In this document: one piece after another, positions 13,661-25,510 of the stretch
How the letters are laid out: each line of letters opens with the position of its first letter
Numbering within the stretch: the first letter of the stretch is position 1
DNA from: an uncultured delta proteobacterium
Lineage (GTDB): Bacteria; Desulfobacterota; Binatia; UBA9968
Assembly (NCBI GenBank): GCA_963847445.1
Contig: CAWJZV010000028.1
Span: 32,001 to 96,000, forward strand
Direction of reading: 5' to 3'
DNA: 64,000 nucleotides
Position numbers and translations under genes: made by a program
Notes under the pieces: generated by a model
Seen by the model: the letters and a program-made list of their open reading frames with translations, nothing else
Told to the model about the DNA's origin: nothing
The model's database searches: none

Positions 13661-14339
13661 ATGCAAAGCTGGTTTCCGGAAAACGTCTCGACTTACGGTG
13701 GCGATGTCGATGGCATCTTTTGGTTTATCTTCTACATCGTCACCGTTTGGTTTTTCCTCACCGAAGGGCTGATTCTTTACTTTGTCTTTCGCTATCGGCG
13801 CAAACCCGGCCGCAAGGCAGTTTACGCGGCGGGCGATACCTGGGCGCAACTGGCTTGGATTCTCGTCCCAATGGCGATCGTGGTCGTGCTCGACTCTGTT
13901 CATTGACATTCGCGGCGCCGACGTCTGGGCCAAAGTGAAACTGCAACGTCCGCCTACCGATTTCGTCGTGCATGGGATCGGCAAGCAGTTCAACTGGGAA
14001 TTTGTCTACGCCGGCGCGGACGGGAAATTCGGCACGGACGACGACATCAAGACCGACAACGAACTGCATGTTCCGGTCGGCAAACCGATCCAGGTCATCC
14101 TGATGTCCAAGGACGTGATCCACAGCTTCTTCCTGCCGCATTTTCGCCTCAAACAAGACGCCATGCCGGGAAGAAATATTCCGGTATGGTTCGAGGCGAC
14201 CAAGACCGGCCAGTTCGAAATTCCCTGTGCGGAACTTTGCGGCTTTGGCCATTCGGGAATGAAAGGCCTCTTGGTAGTTCACACGCCGGACGAGTACCAG
14301 AAATGGTATCAAGGAAAAACGACCGGCTCGGGGGCCTAA
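13661..14339 (+). CDS. coxB: Cytochrome c oxidase subunit II; one frameshift
   Basis: Two TM helices, KQFNWEF, DVIHSF and CuA motif CAELCGFGHSGM. Confidence 0.93.
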
Positions 14340-14375
14340 CCAAAACATCGGACCACCACAGAAGAGGTAAAACCC

Positions 14376-16089
14376 GTGAATGAGATAGCGACAAATCCGC
14401 ACGCCCATAGTGACAATCGAAGTTTTGTCAGCCGTTACGTTTTTTCGACCGATCACAAAGTCATCGCCAAACAGTACTTGAGCCTCTCATTATTTTGGAT
14501 GCTTTTGGGCGCCGGCTCGGCGTACTTGATTCGCTGGCAGATCGCCCATCCCGACACGGAAGCCTTTGGTTGGGGCTACATCGAGCCGAACGTCTACAAT
14601 CAGTTGGTCACCATGCACGGCACGATCATGGTTTTCTTTGTCGCCATGCCGCTATTGCTCGCGGCCTTCGGAAATTTCTTAATCCCGCTCATGGTCGGCG
14701 CCCGCGACATGGCGTTTCCGCGCCTGAACATGCTGTCGGTGTGGATTTTTACATTGGCTTCGATCGTCTTGGTCACGTCGTTTTTCGTTCCCGGCGGCGC
14801 AGCAGCCGCCGGTTGGACAGGCTATCCTCCGCTATCGGCCAAGAACGAATACACCGGTGGCGGCTATGGTATGGATCTCTGGCTACTCGCCCTCGCCCTG
14901 GAGTTTGCCTCGTTCCTGCTCGGCGGCATCAACTTTTTGACGACGGCAATTAACATGCGCGCGCCGGGGATGACGCTGATGCGCCTGCCGATACTCGTTT
15001 GGATGCAACTGATTGCCGCGGTGGTTTTTATGCTGTCGGTCGGTCCGACCATCGCCGGCGCGATATTACTCCTCATGGATAGAAACTTGGGCACGACTTT
15101 TTACGCCCCTGACGCCGGCGGCGATCCTCTACTCTGGCAGCACTTGTTCTGGTTCTTCGGCCACCCCGAGGTTTACGTGGTCCTGCTGCCGGGGCTGGGC
15201 ATCATTTTGGAAATCATTGCCGTGTTCGCGCGCAAACCGGTGTTCGCCTACCGGCCGATCATCTACGCATCGATCATTTCCGGTTTCCTGAGTTTCATGG
15301 TCTGGGCGCACCATCAATACGTCAGCGGCATGGACCCGCGACTCGCTATGCCGTTCAGTATCACGACAATTATCATTTCGGTGCCCTTCGCCTTGGTGAT
15401 CTTTTCGATCATCGCCACTCTGTGGGGTTCTTCGATGATTTTTACCACACCGATGCTTTTTGCCGTCGGCACTCTGGGGGTTTTCATCTTCGGCGGCCTG
15501 ACGGGCATTTTTAACGGTTCCGCGCCGGTCGATATTTATATCCACGATACCTATTTCGTCGTCGCCCATTTTCACTACACGCTGATCAGCAATGTCTTTT
15601 TTGGCGGTTTCGCCGGACTTTATTTTTGGTTCCCGAAGATGTTCGGTCGCATGATGAACGAGACCTTGGGTAAGATCCATTTCTGGCTCACCTTTGCATT
15701 CTTCAATCTAATATTCGGACCGATGCATGTGGTCGGGCTCGGTGGCATGATGCGGCGCATCGCCAATCCGACCCAATATGATTTCTTGAAGCCGGTGGAA
15801 CCGCTCAATATCTTCATCACGCTGATGGCGATTCTCTTGATCCTTTCGCAATCCGTCTTTGTCATCAACTTCTTCTGGAGCCTATTGGCCGGCAAAGTCG
15901 CCGCCGCCAATCCGTGGCAAGCCAACACTCTGGAGTGGACCACCAGCTCACCGCCGCCGCACGAGAACTTCGATGTCGACCCCCGTGGTCTACCGGGGCG
16001 CTTACGAGTACAGCTTGCCGGGTCAAAAAGAAGATTGGTTGCCGCAAAATTTGGATTTGGGAGACAGCGCAAAAGCGGCGGTTCACTGA
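14376..16089 (+). CDS. coxA: Cytochrome c oxidase subunit I (A1-type); frameshift near C-terminus
   Basis: TMHGTIMVFF, WFFGHPEVY, WAHH and VAHFHY. Confidence 0.96.
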
Positions 16090-16147
16090 ACGAAGGCTGA
16101 CCGCAACGAAGGCATCAGCATTTGAAACGCCCTTGGGAGGAATCACT

Positions 16148-16723
16148 TTGACGACAAACGCAATGACGTTGGATAGTACTAACGAGCCTTACGGCAAAGT
16201 CGGCACCTGGTGGTTTCTTTCTTCGGAGATCCCGACGTTTGGCGCCATTTTGGTTGCCTACATCGTGATGCGGCTCGGCAGCACCGGTTGGACCGAAGCC
16301 TCGCACCACTTGAACTTCAATATCGCGCTCATCAATACCTTTATCTTGCTCACTAGCAGCATGACCATCGTCATGGCCCATGGTGCGGTGCAAGATGGGG
16401 ATTTCAAACGCACGGCGAAGTTCTTGGGACTGACGGTCCTGCTGGGCCTTGGCTTTCTCGGCATGAAGGCGTTTGAGTATAGCACCGAGATCAGCCACGG
16501 CTTCTTGCCGAGCTCGGGGATCTTTTGGTCTTTTTATTACGGCATGACCGGGCTGCACGGCCTCCATGTAGTGGCTGGGATTATCATCAACTTGGTACTA
16601 TGGATCCAGGCCGTCAAGGGAACCTTGGCGCAGCACAGCCACCGGGTCGAATTAGCCGGTTTGTATTGGCACTTTGTCGACATCGTCTGGATCTTTCTCT
16701 TTCCGCTTCTCTATCTTGCTTAA
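16148..16723 (+). CDS. coxC: Cytochrome c oxidase subunit III
   Basis: WFLSSE, TGLHGLHV and GLYWHFVDIVW; TTG start after GGAGG. Confidence 0.92.
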   Translation: MTTNAMTLDSTNEPYGKVGTWWFLSSEIPTFGAILVAYIVMRLGSTGWTEASHHLNFNIALINTFILLTSSMTIVMAHGAVQDGDFKRTAKFLGLTVLLGLGFLGMKAFEYSTEISHGFLPSSGIFWSFYYGMTGLHGLHVVAGIIINLVLWIQAVKGTLAQHSHRVELAGLYWHFVDIVWIFLFPLLYLA

Positions 16724-16735
16724 TCGGAGACCCAC

Positions 16736-17019
16736 ATGAGCAACGCCCAAACCCGTCAAACTCTTGTGATCTGGTACTGGCTGATGGCGCTCGTCGTCGT
16801 CTCGGTCGGCGCAAGCGTCGTATTGCCGAAGGCCGAAGCGCTGATGCTGATCTTTGCCGTCGCGGTGATCAAAGCGCTGTTAGTCGCGCGCAACTACATG
16901 CATTTGAAGACACGAAAAAGCGATCTATCTACGCGATCGCCCTGGTGCCGCTGGCCTTCGTGGTCATTTTTCTCTTCGGCCTGTTCCCCGATTTCGTCTA
17001 CCACGCGACGAAACCGTAA
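16736..17019 (+). CDS. coxD: Cytochrome c oxidase subunit IV family; frameshifted
   Basis: Three hydrophobic segments, KALLVARNYMHLK, last gene of the operon. Confidence 0.75.
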
Positions 17020-17079
17020 ACAGCCCAAGCGCCGCGCCAGAAATCGGCGGAGCGCTGCTCGAACTCGAGGCTCGGATCG

Positions 17080-17524
17080 TCAGGCCGCATCGCTGCCGTC
17101 AACAACGCCAAACTGATGATCTAAGTATTCGGCGAAGATGCGGCAGACATCCATGGCTGATAGAATACCCGCCAGTTTGCCCCTGCGGGTGACGATCGCC
17201 GAACCGATATGCCGCAGCGCCATCTGCGCGACCACTTCGCTCAATGGCGTATTGAAAGCGACGACATAAGGATCAATGACCATGACATCGCGGGCACGCA
17301 ACCGTGATTTCTCTTCCGGCGGCGACACTTCGCGGCAGACGATGATGCAGATCGCGCTCCGACACGATGCCAACGAGTTTGTCCTTCTCCTGGACCGGTA
17401 AGTGGCGAATGCCACGTTCGTCCATCATCTTCTCCAACCTGCCGAGCGGATCGCCGCTGTTGACGAAGTACGGAAACGATGTCATTACCGCCCCGACAAT
17501 GGGCATTTTCTTGGGTGATTTCAC
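17080..17524 (-). CDS. CBS-domain protein; frameshifted
   Basis: IRHLPV...VGIVSERDL and IGSAIV...GILSAMDV. Confidence 0.85.
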
Positions 17525-17575
17525 GACCTCTCCTTCCTGGTTATCGACCGCCGCGGGCAAACTGCGCTACCGACA

Positions 17576-18016
17576 TCATGCTGGCCGCATCGACAGCACC
17601 GGGCAGCCCGCCCGCGCCACTACCTTGGCGGTGACGCTGCCGAGCAGGACCTGCTGAAAGCCGGTGCGTCCATGGGTCGACATGACGATCAAGTCGGCGT
17701 TTTCGCTCCGCGCCTTTTCGACGATCTTATTGTAGGGCACGCCGGCCTCGACGATCTCGGTCACCTCGACTTGCTCCATCAGGTCGGCAAAGTGCTCTGT
17801 CATGAATGCATGCAAGCGTTCTCTCTGTTGCGGCAACAAGGCATTAGCGGGATTGAGCTTGTCGTCGCTGCCGAGCCAATCGCTGTCTTCGCTAATCACA
17901 TGATAGACGATCACCGCGGCGCGCCGCTCCATGGCGAATTCTAGAGCATAGCGCAGCGCCGGTCGCGATAGATTTGACAGATCCGTCGGCGCGAGGATTT
18001 TGCTGGTTTTGATCAC
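17576..18016 (-). CDS. Universal stress protein (UspA family)
   Basis: ILAPTDLS and DLIVMSTHGRTG...LGSVT...CPVL. Confidence 0.93.
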   Translation of the reverse strand: MIKTSKILAPTDLSNLSRPALRYALEFAMERRAAVIVYHVISEDSDWLGSDDKLNPANALLPQQRERLHAFMTEHFADLMEQVEVTEIVEAGVPYNKIVEKARSENADLIVMSTHGRTGFQQVLLGSVTAKVVARAGCPVLSMRPA

Positions 18017-18065
18017 ATCACCCTCCTATGCGGCAAATTCCAATGAAATTCCATGGAGAACAAGA

Positions 18066-18080
18066 GCAAGAACTACGCCT
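18066..18080 (-). promoter_or_regulatory. sigma54 promoter (AGGCGT-AGTTC-TTGC) for USP-CBS
   Basis: GG-N10-GC, 50 bp upstream of the USP start. Confidence 0.55.
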
Positions 18081-18237
18081 TCGCGGCCGCGCTGTTAGGT
18101 AAAACAAATCCGCGGTCTCTACCTGAATTTTTTCGCAGCATTGCGCAAATCCACGGCGATATTCTCATTTGTGAAAACCAGCCGCCGAGTCAGCGCCGCA
18201 ATCGCGCCAACTCCCGCGATAATTTTTTTCGTGAGCT

Positions 18238-18252
18238 TGGCACGGACACTGC
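18238..18252 (+). promoter_or_regulatory. sigma54 promoter (TGGCAC-GGACA-CTGC) for the CBS-CBS-ATPase unit
   Basis: One mismatch to consensus; divergent partner of 18066. Confidence 0.7.
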
Positions 18253-18292
18253 ACCGATAACGGGTGCAGCAACTATTGAGGAGGAACCGAGG

Positions 18293-18709
18293 ATGAAAGT
18301 TGTAGACCTGATGACCAACGACCCATTGACCGTGACGACCGCGGAAACCGTCGGTAAAGCCGACGAACTCATGGCGGAAAACAATATACGGCAAATCCCG
18401 GTGGTCAACGGCCGCGAACTCGTCGGCATCGTCACCGACCGCGATGTCCGGGCGTTTCTCAGCGACGCCCTATTGGCCCAACCCGAAGCCAGAGAGCGCG
18501 CCTTGAAGACTTCAGTGGGCGATATCATGACCACGGAGCCGCTGTTCATCACCCCCGATGACGATCTCAAGGACGCCGTCGAAATGCTCATCGAACAAAA
18601 GTTCGGCGCCATCCCGGTGGTCGACGAAGCCGAAGGACTGGTTGGTATCGTCTCCTATGTCGATGTGCTGCGCAGTTATCTCGAACGGCTACAGGAGGAA
18701 GGGACATGA
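18293..18709 (+). CDS. CBS-domain pair protein (AcuB-like)
   Basis: IRQIPV...VGIVTDRDV and FGAIPV; GAGGAGG RBS supports ATG 18293. Confidence 0.9.
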   Translation: MKVVDLMTNDPLTVTTAETVGKADELMAENNIRQIPVVNGRELVGIVTDRDVRAFLSDALLAQPEARERALKTSVGDIMTTEPLFITPDDDLKDAVEMLIEQKFGAIPVVDEAEGLVGIVSYVDVLRSYLERLQEEGT

Positions 18710-19128
18710 AAAACGGCAAAGAAGGAGTCGTCCGCGAAATCATGATGGGCAGCCCGGTAACGCTCAAGCCAGAAGACACCTTGGACTTGGCCAACGATGT
18801 CATATCCCTCGGCCGCATTCGCCATATCCCGATTGTCGATGGCAGCCGGCTGGTCGGCATCGTCACCGAACGGGATCTGATCGGCGCCGCCGCCGCGCAA
18901 ATCTTCGGCCTCAAACGGAAGAGCAAATCGGCGCTACTGAAAAGCGTGCTGATCAAGGAAGTGATGAAGAAGCGCGTCATCACCGCGGCGCCCGACACGC
19001 CGATCAAAGATATCGCGCATTTGATGGCCAATAAAAAGATCGGCTGCGTGCCGGTGGTCAGCGACGGCATGGTGGTCGGCCTAGTAACGACGACAGACAT
19101 CTTGCGCTATGTCGAAAGCCTGGCGTGA
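18706..19128 (+). CDS. CBS-domain pair protein
   Basis: IRHIPI...GIVTERDL and IGCVPV; ATGA overlap with the previous gene. Confidence 0.9.
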   Translation: MKNGKEGVVREIMMGSPVTLKPEDTLDLANDVISLGRIRHIPIVDGSRLVGIVTERDLIGAAAAQIFGLKRKSKSALLKSVLIKEVMKKRVITAAPDTPIKDIAHLMANKKIGCVPVVSDGMVVGLVTTTDILRYVESLA

Positions 19129-19167
19129 AATTTGGACTGTGGAATCTGAAATTTGCAATTTGAGATT
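19126..19167. repeat. Degenerate 7-bp tandem repeat (tgaaatt/tggactg/tggaatc/tgaaatt/tgcaatt/tgagatt)
   Basis: Six imperfect units starting at the CBS stop codon. Confidence 0.6.
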
Positions 19168-19196
19168 CCTCGCGCAGCGAGGACAGGGGAGGTGTT

Positions 19197-19463
19197 ATGG
19201 GCGGTTTTTTGGGCGACAAAGAAGTACTCACTAAAGAACGAGTCAAGGAAATACTGCGCAACAAGGAATATAACTTCTTCGAAGAGAAAGTTAATCTGCT
19301 CGAAGTCAGGGACGACTCCTTGTTGCTGAAAGTTTCCTTCTTGATCGAACACAGGACACGCATGATCGTGATCGAGGAAAAAGATCCCATCGTCGTGCCG
19401 TTTAGCGATTTCAAAGTCGAGGATTGGGGCGACGGCATCAAAAAGATCGCCGATATCGAATGA
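19197..19463 (+). CDS. Hypothetical protein (88 aa)
   Basis: Strong GGAGG RBS, protein-like composition, same strand as neighbours. Confidence 0.7.
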   Translation: MGGFLGDKEVLTKERVKEILRNKEYNFFEEKVNLLEVRDDSLLLKVSFLIEHRTRMIVIEEKDPIVVPFSDFKVEDWGDGIKKIADIE

Positions 19464-19734
19464 GCCACCGTCGTTCGCGGCTCTCGGAATATCGATGTCA
19501 CGTGCATATCTCTGCGCTTGCCGCGCGCCATCGGCGATTGTCTTTGCCGCTTTCCTGACCAAGCTCGCCAAGCACCTGGCGCTGCTCGTCTGCCTCGCCA
19601 TCGCCGGCCAAGCCACAGGACGAGCCGCGCTAGGCCAACGATCGATTCTTCCTGCTGGTTGTCGCCGCGGCCTTGATCCACGGCCTGGGTCAAACGCTTA
19701 AGCGGCGCTCATCCAGGAATGGCCGAGACGCGCC

Positions 19735-22700
19735 ATGATCGCCGAGCGTCTCAATAGCGCCAAGATCGTCTTCGGACTCAAGGGCGAGCTTGCCGGCGCC
19801 ATCGACCGAGCTGAGCTGCGCGATCGCATATCCCCGAACTCGGGGCGCAGTTCCACGCCCGCCCACCGGACCAGGAAAACGAGCGCTACAGCTACATCGG
19901 CGCAGGCATCGCCGTGCCGCACTTGCGGATCGACAACCTCGCCGAACCGGAATTGATCCTCGGCCTTGCACCGGACGGCCTGGCGTTCAACGCTCACAAA
20001 ATCAACATCGTCTTGCTGCTCGCCACTCCGGCTGAACGGCCAGCCGAGCACTTGCAGCTCTTGCAGCGCATCGCTTCGCTGCTGCCGGCGATCCGCGAGG
20101 AGCTGCTGCAGCAGCGCCGCCCCGAGCAGATCATCAAAGTCATCGCCCGCGCCGAACAGCAGTCGGCGCTGCCGACCTACATCAATCTCACTCAGGAACA
20201 AATCGCTTTTGAGCTCCAGACCGATCTGGTCAACGGCCTGAGTTCGGCGGAAGCGCAGAGCCGCCTGCGCCACTACGGCGGCAACATCTTGCAGCGCTCC
20301 CGGCGCGATCCTTGGCAATTTAAGTTGCTGCGCAACCTGTTCAGCTTCTTTGCCATCCTCCTGTGGATCGCCGCGCTGCTCTGTTTCGTTCCCGGCGTCG
20401 ACCTGCCGCAGTTGGGCATCGCCATCCTGACTGTGGTTGTGGTCAACGGTCTGTTTGCGTTCCTGCAAGAATACAAATCGGACCGCGCCCTGGAGATGCT
20501 CCAGCAACTGATCGCGCAACAATCGACCGTCATCCGCGACGGCAGCGTTGAGAAAATCGCCGCCGCCGCATTGGTCCCCGGCGATGTCATCGTGCTCGAG
20601 GAAGGCGATCTCGTTCCCGCCGACTGCCGGCTCACCGAAGCGTTCGAAGTCGAGGTCGACAACTCCTCGCTTACCGGCGAATCGTCGCCGGCGCGCCGCT
20701 ACAAATCCGATCAGCCGGTTCTGATCTCCGGTAAATTTCTCTGGATCGAGTTGCCGAACATTCTTGTTCGCCGGCACGTCGCTCTTGCGCGGCCGGGCGC
20801 GCGCCGTTGTCTTCGGCACCGGGATGAGTTCCGAGATCGGCAAGATCGCCAACCTGACCCAAGAGATCGCCATCGAACAGAGCCCGCTGCAGAAACAACT
20901 GCGTGCTACCGTCTATGCGATTACGGCATTGGCTGGAGGATTGGGCCTGGCGTTTCTGTTTCTCGGCTGGTGGGTGGCCGGCCTGACCTTTCTTGGAAGC
21001 CCTGGTATTTTGCATCGGCCTGTTCGTTGCCAACGTTCCCGAAGGTCTGTTGCCCACCGTGACCTTATCCCTCGCCATGGGCGTGCAGCGCATGGCCAAG
21101 CGCCACGCGCTGGTAAAAAGTTTGCCGTCGGTGGAAACCCTCGGCTGCACCACGGTGATCTGCTGCGATAAGACCGGCACATTGACGCAAAATCTCATGA
21201 TGGCCACCGAGATCGCGATTGATGGAAAAATCGTCGAAGTTTCCGGCCTCGGTTACCGGCCGCAGGGCGAATTCATTCATGAAGGCAAAGCGCTGTCATT
21301 GGAAGCGATCTCCCATTGGCACACCCTGCGCCGGCTGCTCGACTGCGCGTTTATCTGCAACAACGCCAAGCTGGAGAAAAAGGACGCGGAGATCCGCGTC
21401 ATCGGCGACCCCACGGAAGGCGCACTCGTCAGTCTGGCCGAAAAAGCCGGCCTGCGCGGCACGCACCAGCGGCTGCATTTGAATCCCTTCGAGTCGATCC
21501 GCAAGCGCATGAGCGTGGTGGTGCGTCCCTATCGGCAAAAAGACGCGGTCATTTACGTCAAAGGCGCGCCAATAGAAATGCTCGCGCAGTGCGAGCGCAT
21601 CCATTGGGGCGATGAAATTCGCCCGCTCACCGAGCTCGACCGCGAGCGAATACGGCAAGAGAACGACGCCATGGCGAGCCGCGGCCTGCGCGTGCTCGCC
21701 TTTGCCTACCGCGACGGCAGCGAACTCAACGGTGCACCGTTTACTTCAACGGGCATCGAAAACGATCTTGTCTATTTGGGACTGGTAGCATTATCCGATC
21801 CGTTGCGGCCGGAAGTGCTGCCGGCGATCCACGCCTGTCACAGCGCCGGCATCCGCGTCATCATGATCACCGGCGACTACGCCCTCACCGCCGCCAGCAT
21901 CGGCCGGCAGATCGGTTTGGGGCAAGACTCGCCGCTTAAGGCATTCACGGGCGCGGAGGTTTCCGAAATGACCGACGCACAACTGCGCGCCATTCTCGGC
22001 CAAGGCGAAACGATTTTCGCCCGCGTCGCCCCCGAACATAAGCTGCGCATCGTCGCCCAATTGAGACAGATGGGCGAGATCGTCGCCGTCACCGGCGACG
22101 GCGTCAACGACGCCCCGGCGCTCAAGAAAGCCGATATCGGCATCGCCATGGGACTGCGCGGCAACGACGTCGCCAAAGAAGCCGCGCGCATGATCTTGAC
22201 CGACGACAACTTCGGCTCCATCGTCGCCGCCATCGAAGAAGGCCGGGCGATCTTCGACAACATCAAACGGTTCGCCGCCTATGTGCTCAACAGCAACCCG
22301 CAGGAAATGTATCCCTATATTTTCTGGGTGCTGTTCCCGGATATTCCTCTGGCGATGACCGTGATGGGCGTGCTCGCCGTCGATGTCGGCACCGATCTCA
22401 TCCCCGCCATGGGGCTCGGCATCGAACCCCCCGAAGAAGGCATCATGGAGCGGCCGCCGCGCCGGCGCGATGAAAAGATCCTATCGCTGCCATTCATCCT
22501 GCGCGCCTACTTCGTGCACGGCAGCATATTGGCGCTCAGTTGCTACGCGACTTACTATTACATGGGTTGGGTGCTCGGCGCCTGGCAGGTCGGGCAGAGT
22601 CTTGCGGCCATGCCCGCTTCGCCGCGGGGTTTGCAATTCGCGCAAGCGACGCCGGCTTATTTGCAAACCTTGACCGCCTACTTTTTCCCCACCGTGACCA

Positions 22701-23119
22701 CGCAGATCGCCAATGTGCTGTGCAAACGCTCAGCGAAAGCGTCGCTATTCGCGGCAAACTTTCTCCAACCGGGCTATCGCCGAGAAGCCCTGCAAGCGAT
22801 CGCCCACTGGCGGCCGCGGCGGGCACCGGCGCTGTTCGAGCCCTTCGCGCCCGCGACCGCCTGGCTGGCAAAGTTTTTCGAACGCCATTACATCGTCTTC
22901 AATCTGCTCTCCAACCCGCTCATCGATCTCGGCATTCTTTTCGAACTGCTGCTCTGCTACTTTTTTTTCTACACGCCGCTCGCCGAGATCTATTATTTCG
23001 CGCCGGTGCCTTGGCATGTCTACCTGTTCGCCTGCCATGGCACCGTGATTCTATTGGTCTTCGAAGAGGTGAAAAAATATTACCGCCGCAAAGGCTATCC
23101 TCTGGAATTTCTCGGCTAG
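19735..23119 (+). CDS. P-type II cation ATPase (Na+/K+-ATPase-like motifs) with N-terminal PTS EIIA-like domain; frameshifted
   Basis: GAGIAVPH (EIIA), VDNSSLTGES, VANVPEGLL, DKTGTLTQN, TGDGVNDAPAL and VDVGTD. Confidence 0.9.
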
Positions 23120-23339
23120 AGCCGAGCGGCGGCTACGCCCATGTGGCAAAGTAACGATGAAAAATGTTTTCGCTGCGGCAAAGCGCGCTTGGACGATTCG
23201 CCTTTGTGAAAATTGGCCGCTCTAACGACGCCCAATGTGGTGCGACGAGAATAAAATTGAAGTCGACTTAAAGGGAATTACGGGACCTATACTCCCCGCA
23301 AGCCGCAGCGCGGCCACCGGGCGGCGCCGAAAAAATCCG

Positions 23340-24300
23340 CTAAAAATAGTCTTTTTTCTTAAAGTACGAATACAAACCCAGCGAGATCAAAACCATGCCG
23401 GAGACCACCGCGAAATAACCGTAGCGCCACTCAAGTTCGGGCATGAATTTGAAATTCATGCCATAGATGCCCGCGATGGCGGTGATCACGACAAAAATCG
23501 TGCCCCAGGCGGTGAGCCGCTTCATCGTCACGTTGAGCTGATTCGAGGTCGACGCGAGATGGACTTCGAGGGCGCTTGAAAGAATATCTCTGAGGGCGTC
23601 AAGTTCCTCGGTGATGCGCAGCAAATGATCATAAACGTCACGGAAATAAACCAGATGTTCCGCGCGAACGAAGGGGAATTCGTGGCGCGTGAGCTGGTTT
23701 AAAACTTCCCGCTGCGGCCCGACGGCGCGCCGGACATGAACCAAGGAGCGCTTGAACGCCAAAAGCCGATTCATATCCGCTGACTTCGCCTGGGCCAGCA
23801 GCCGCTCTTCAAGAGAATCGATTTCGTCTTCGATTTCATCGAGGATCGGGAAGTAACTGTCGACGACCAGATCGACGAGAGTATAGAGCAGAAAGTCAGT
23901 GCCGCGGCCGAGCGCATTGGCGAGTCTCTCATGGGTATGGTCATTCTCGATCAGGCCGGGCAGCGCGCCGTAATGGACCGAGACGATCCAGTGGCGGCCG
24001 AGCAGCAGATCGAGCTCGGAAGGTTCGATCTGCCACTTCTTGCTGTGCATCAATGGATGAATGGCCAGGTAAACATAATCTTCAAACGATTCGATTTTTG
24101 GCCGCTGGTTCTGATTGACGACATCTTCAAGCGTCAGGTGGTGGATCTTCAAATCTTCTTGAAGAAAGCGCAGCTCCTCTTCGGTCGGCGCGTCGAAATG
24201 AAACCAGAGATTGGTGTCGCCGCGCGACTAAAAGCTCGGCCACGTCATCTCGACTGACCTTCTCCAGGCCGTTTCCGGTTGCGCGGCGGATGGTGAGCAT
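23340..24300 (-). CDS. corA: CorA Mg2+/Co2+ transporter; frameshift near N-terminus
   Basis: YGMNF signature, HHLTLEDV and YFRDVYDH; ATG 24300 reconstructed manually. Confidence 0.92.
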
Positions 24301-24469
24301 GGGTGATTGTTTATAGCATAAGCGGAAATGTTTGCCGAAGAGATTATTCGGCGCTGCGAGGCTTTCCGATCACGGTACACTTTATTTCCTTTTCTTACCC
24401 CTCGCGCCGAGAAACCCAAATCATCGATAATCAAAAATATGCGCTCGCTCAAAGCGTCAGGTGATCGAA

Positions 24470-24630
24470 ATGAATTAATCAGAGCCGTGCACGATGCCTG
24501 GTACTGCTCAGAAATCTGCGCCTACGCGCAAAGTTTTCAGCTCATGCGGGCGGCCCAAACCGAATATGCATGGAAACTGGATTTTGCCTCGATCGCGAGC
24601 ATTTGGCGCGGCGGAGGCATCTTCACCTAA
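24470..24630 (+). pseudogene. gnd: Internal fragment of 6-phosphogluconate dehydrogenase
   Basis: LIRAVHDAWYCSEICAYAQSFQLMRAAQTEYAWKLDFASIASIWRGG resembles the Gnd C-terminal domain; no flanking homology. Confidence 0.75.
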
Positions 24631-24729
24631 CACGGCAAGGTGATTTTGTTGGCATTCGAAGAGCTTAAAAAATATAACTGCTGGAGAGGCTGGCCGCTGG
24701 AATTTCTCGGCTGAGCCCAAGCGGAGGAT

Positions 24730-25459
24730 ATGCCCATGTCACAACATACCGATCAACAATGCTTTCACTGTGGGAAAGTGCGCTCTTACGATCTATTGAT
24801 ACCGAGTGAGATGCTCAGACCCTCGCTGCAAGAAACCATCAAGAAGCATGATCCGAGTTGGACTCCCGGCCAGATGCTCTGCGTTGACTGTCTCGACCTG
24901 TTGAGAGAGGAATATGTCGAAGACGCGCTGACAGAGGAAGTCGGCGAACTCACCCAGCTCGAACAAGAAGTTGTCCAGAGCATGAAGGAACAGGAGACAC
25001 TGACGGAGAACACCAATCGTCGCCTTCGAGAAAAGCGTCACCTTCGGCCAACACAGCGCCGATCGGGTCGCTTCCTTCGGCGGCAGTTGGACGTTCATCG
25101 GCTCATTCGCCCTCGTGCTTGGCGACTTGGATCAGCGATCAACACCGCATCCGCTCTGTGGCGCCCCTTCGATCCGTTATCCTTACATACTGCTCAACCT
25201 GATCCTGTCCTGTCTGGCGGCGATCCAAGCGCCGATCATCATGATGAGCCAAAACCGCATGGAAGCACGCGATCGGCTGCGCTCCGAGAACGATTATCAG
25301 GTGAATCTCAAAGCCGAGCTGGAAATCCGCCACCTTCATGAGAAACTCGACGTCCTGCTCAAACACCAGTGGCAGAAACTTCTGGAGATCCAGCAAATCC
25401 AGATGGACTTTATGAAGGAGTTGGTGCGCCGCAACGACAACGCAAAGCTTCCCAAGTAA
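24730..25459 (+). CDS. DUF1003 domain membrane protein; frameshifted
   Basis: YPYILLNLILSCLAAIQAPIIMMSQNR...NLKAELEI. Confidence 0.85.
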
Positions 25460-25510
25460 CTTGATCGATGGGGTATAACGACGGAGAAACATCAATGACG
25501 AGCAAGCGTG

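Noticed and set aside
19460-19701. Small ORF upstream of the P-type ATPase
   Set aside because: Could be a frameshifted small membrane protein, but no motif or reliable frame could be established.
24650-24664. Additional sigma54 site TGGCAT-TCGAA-GAGC upstream of the DUF1003 gene
   Set aside because: Correct GG-N10-GC spacing but a poor -12 element; too weak to count.
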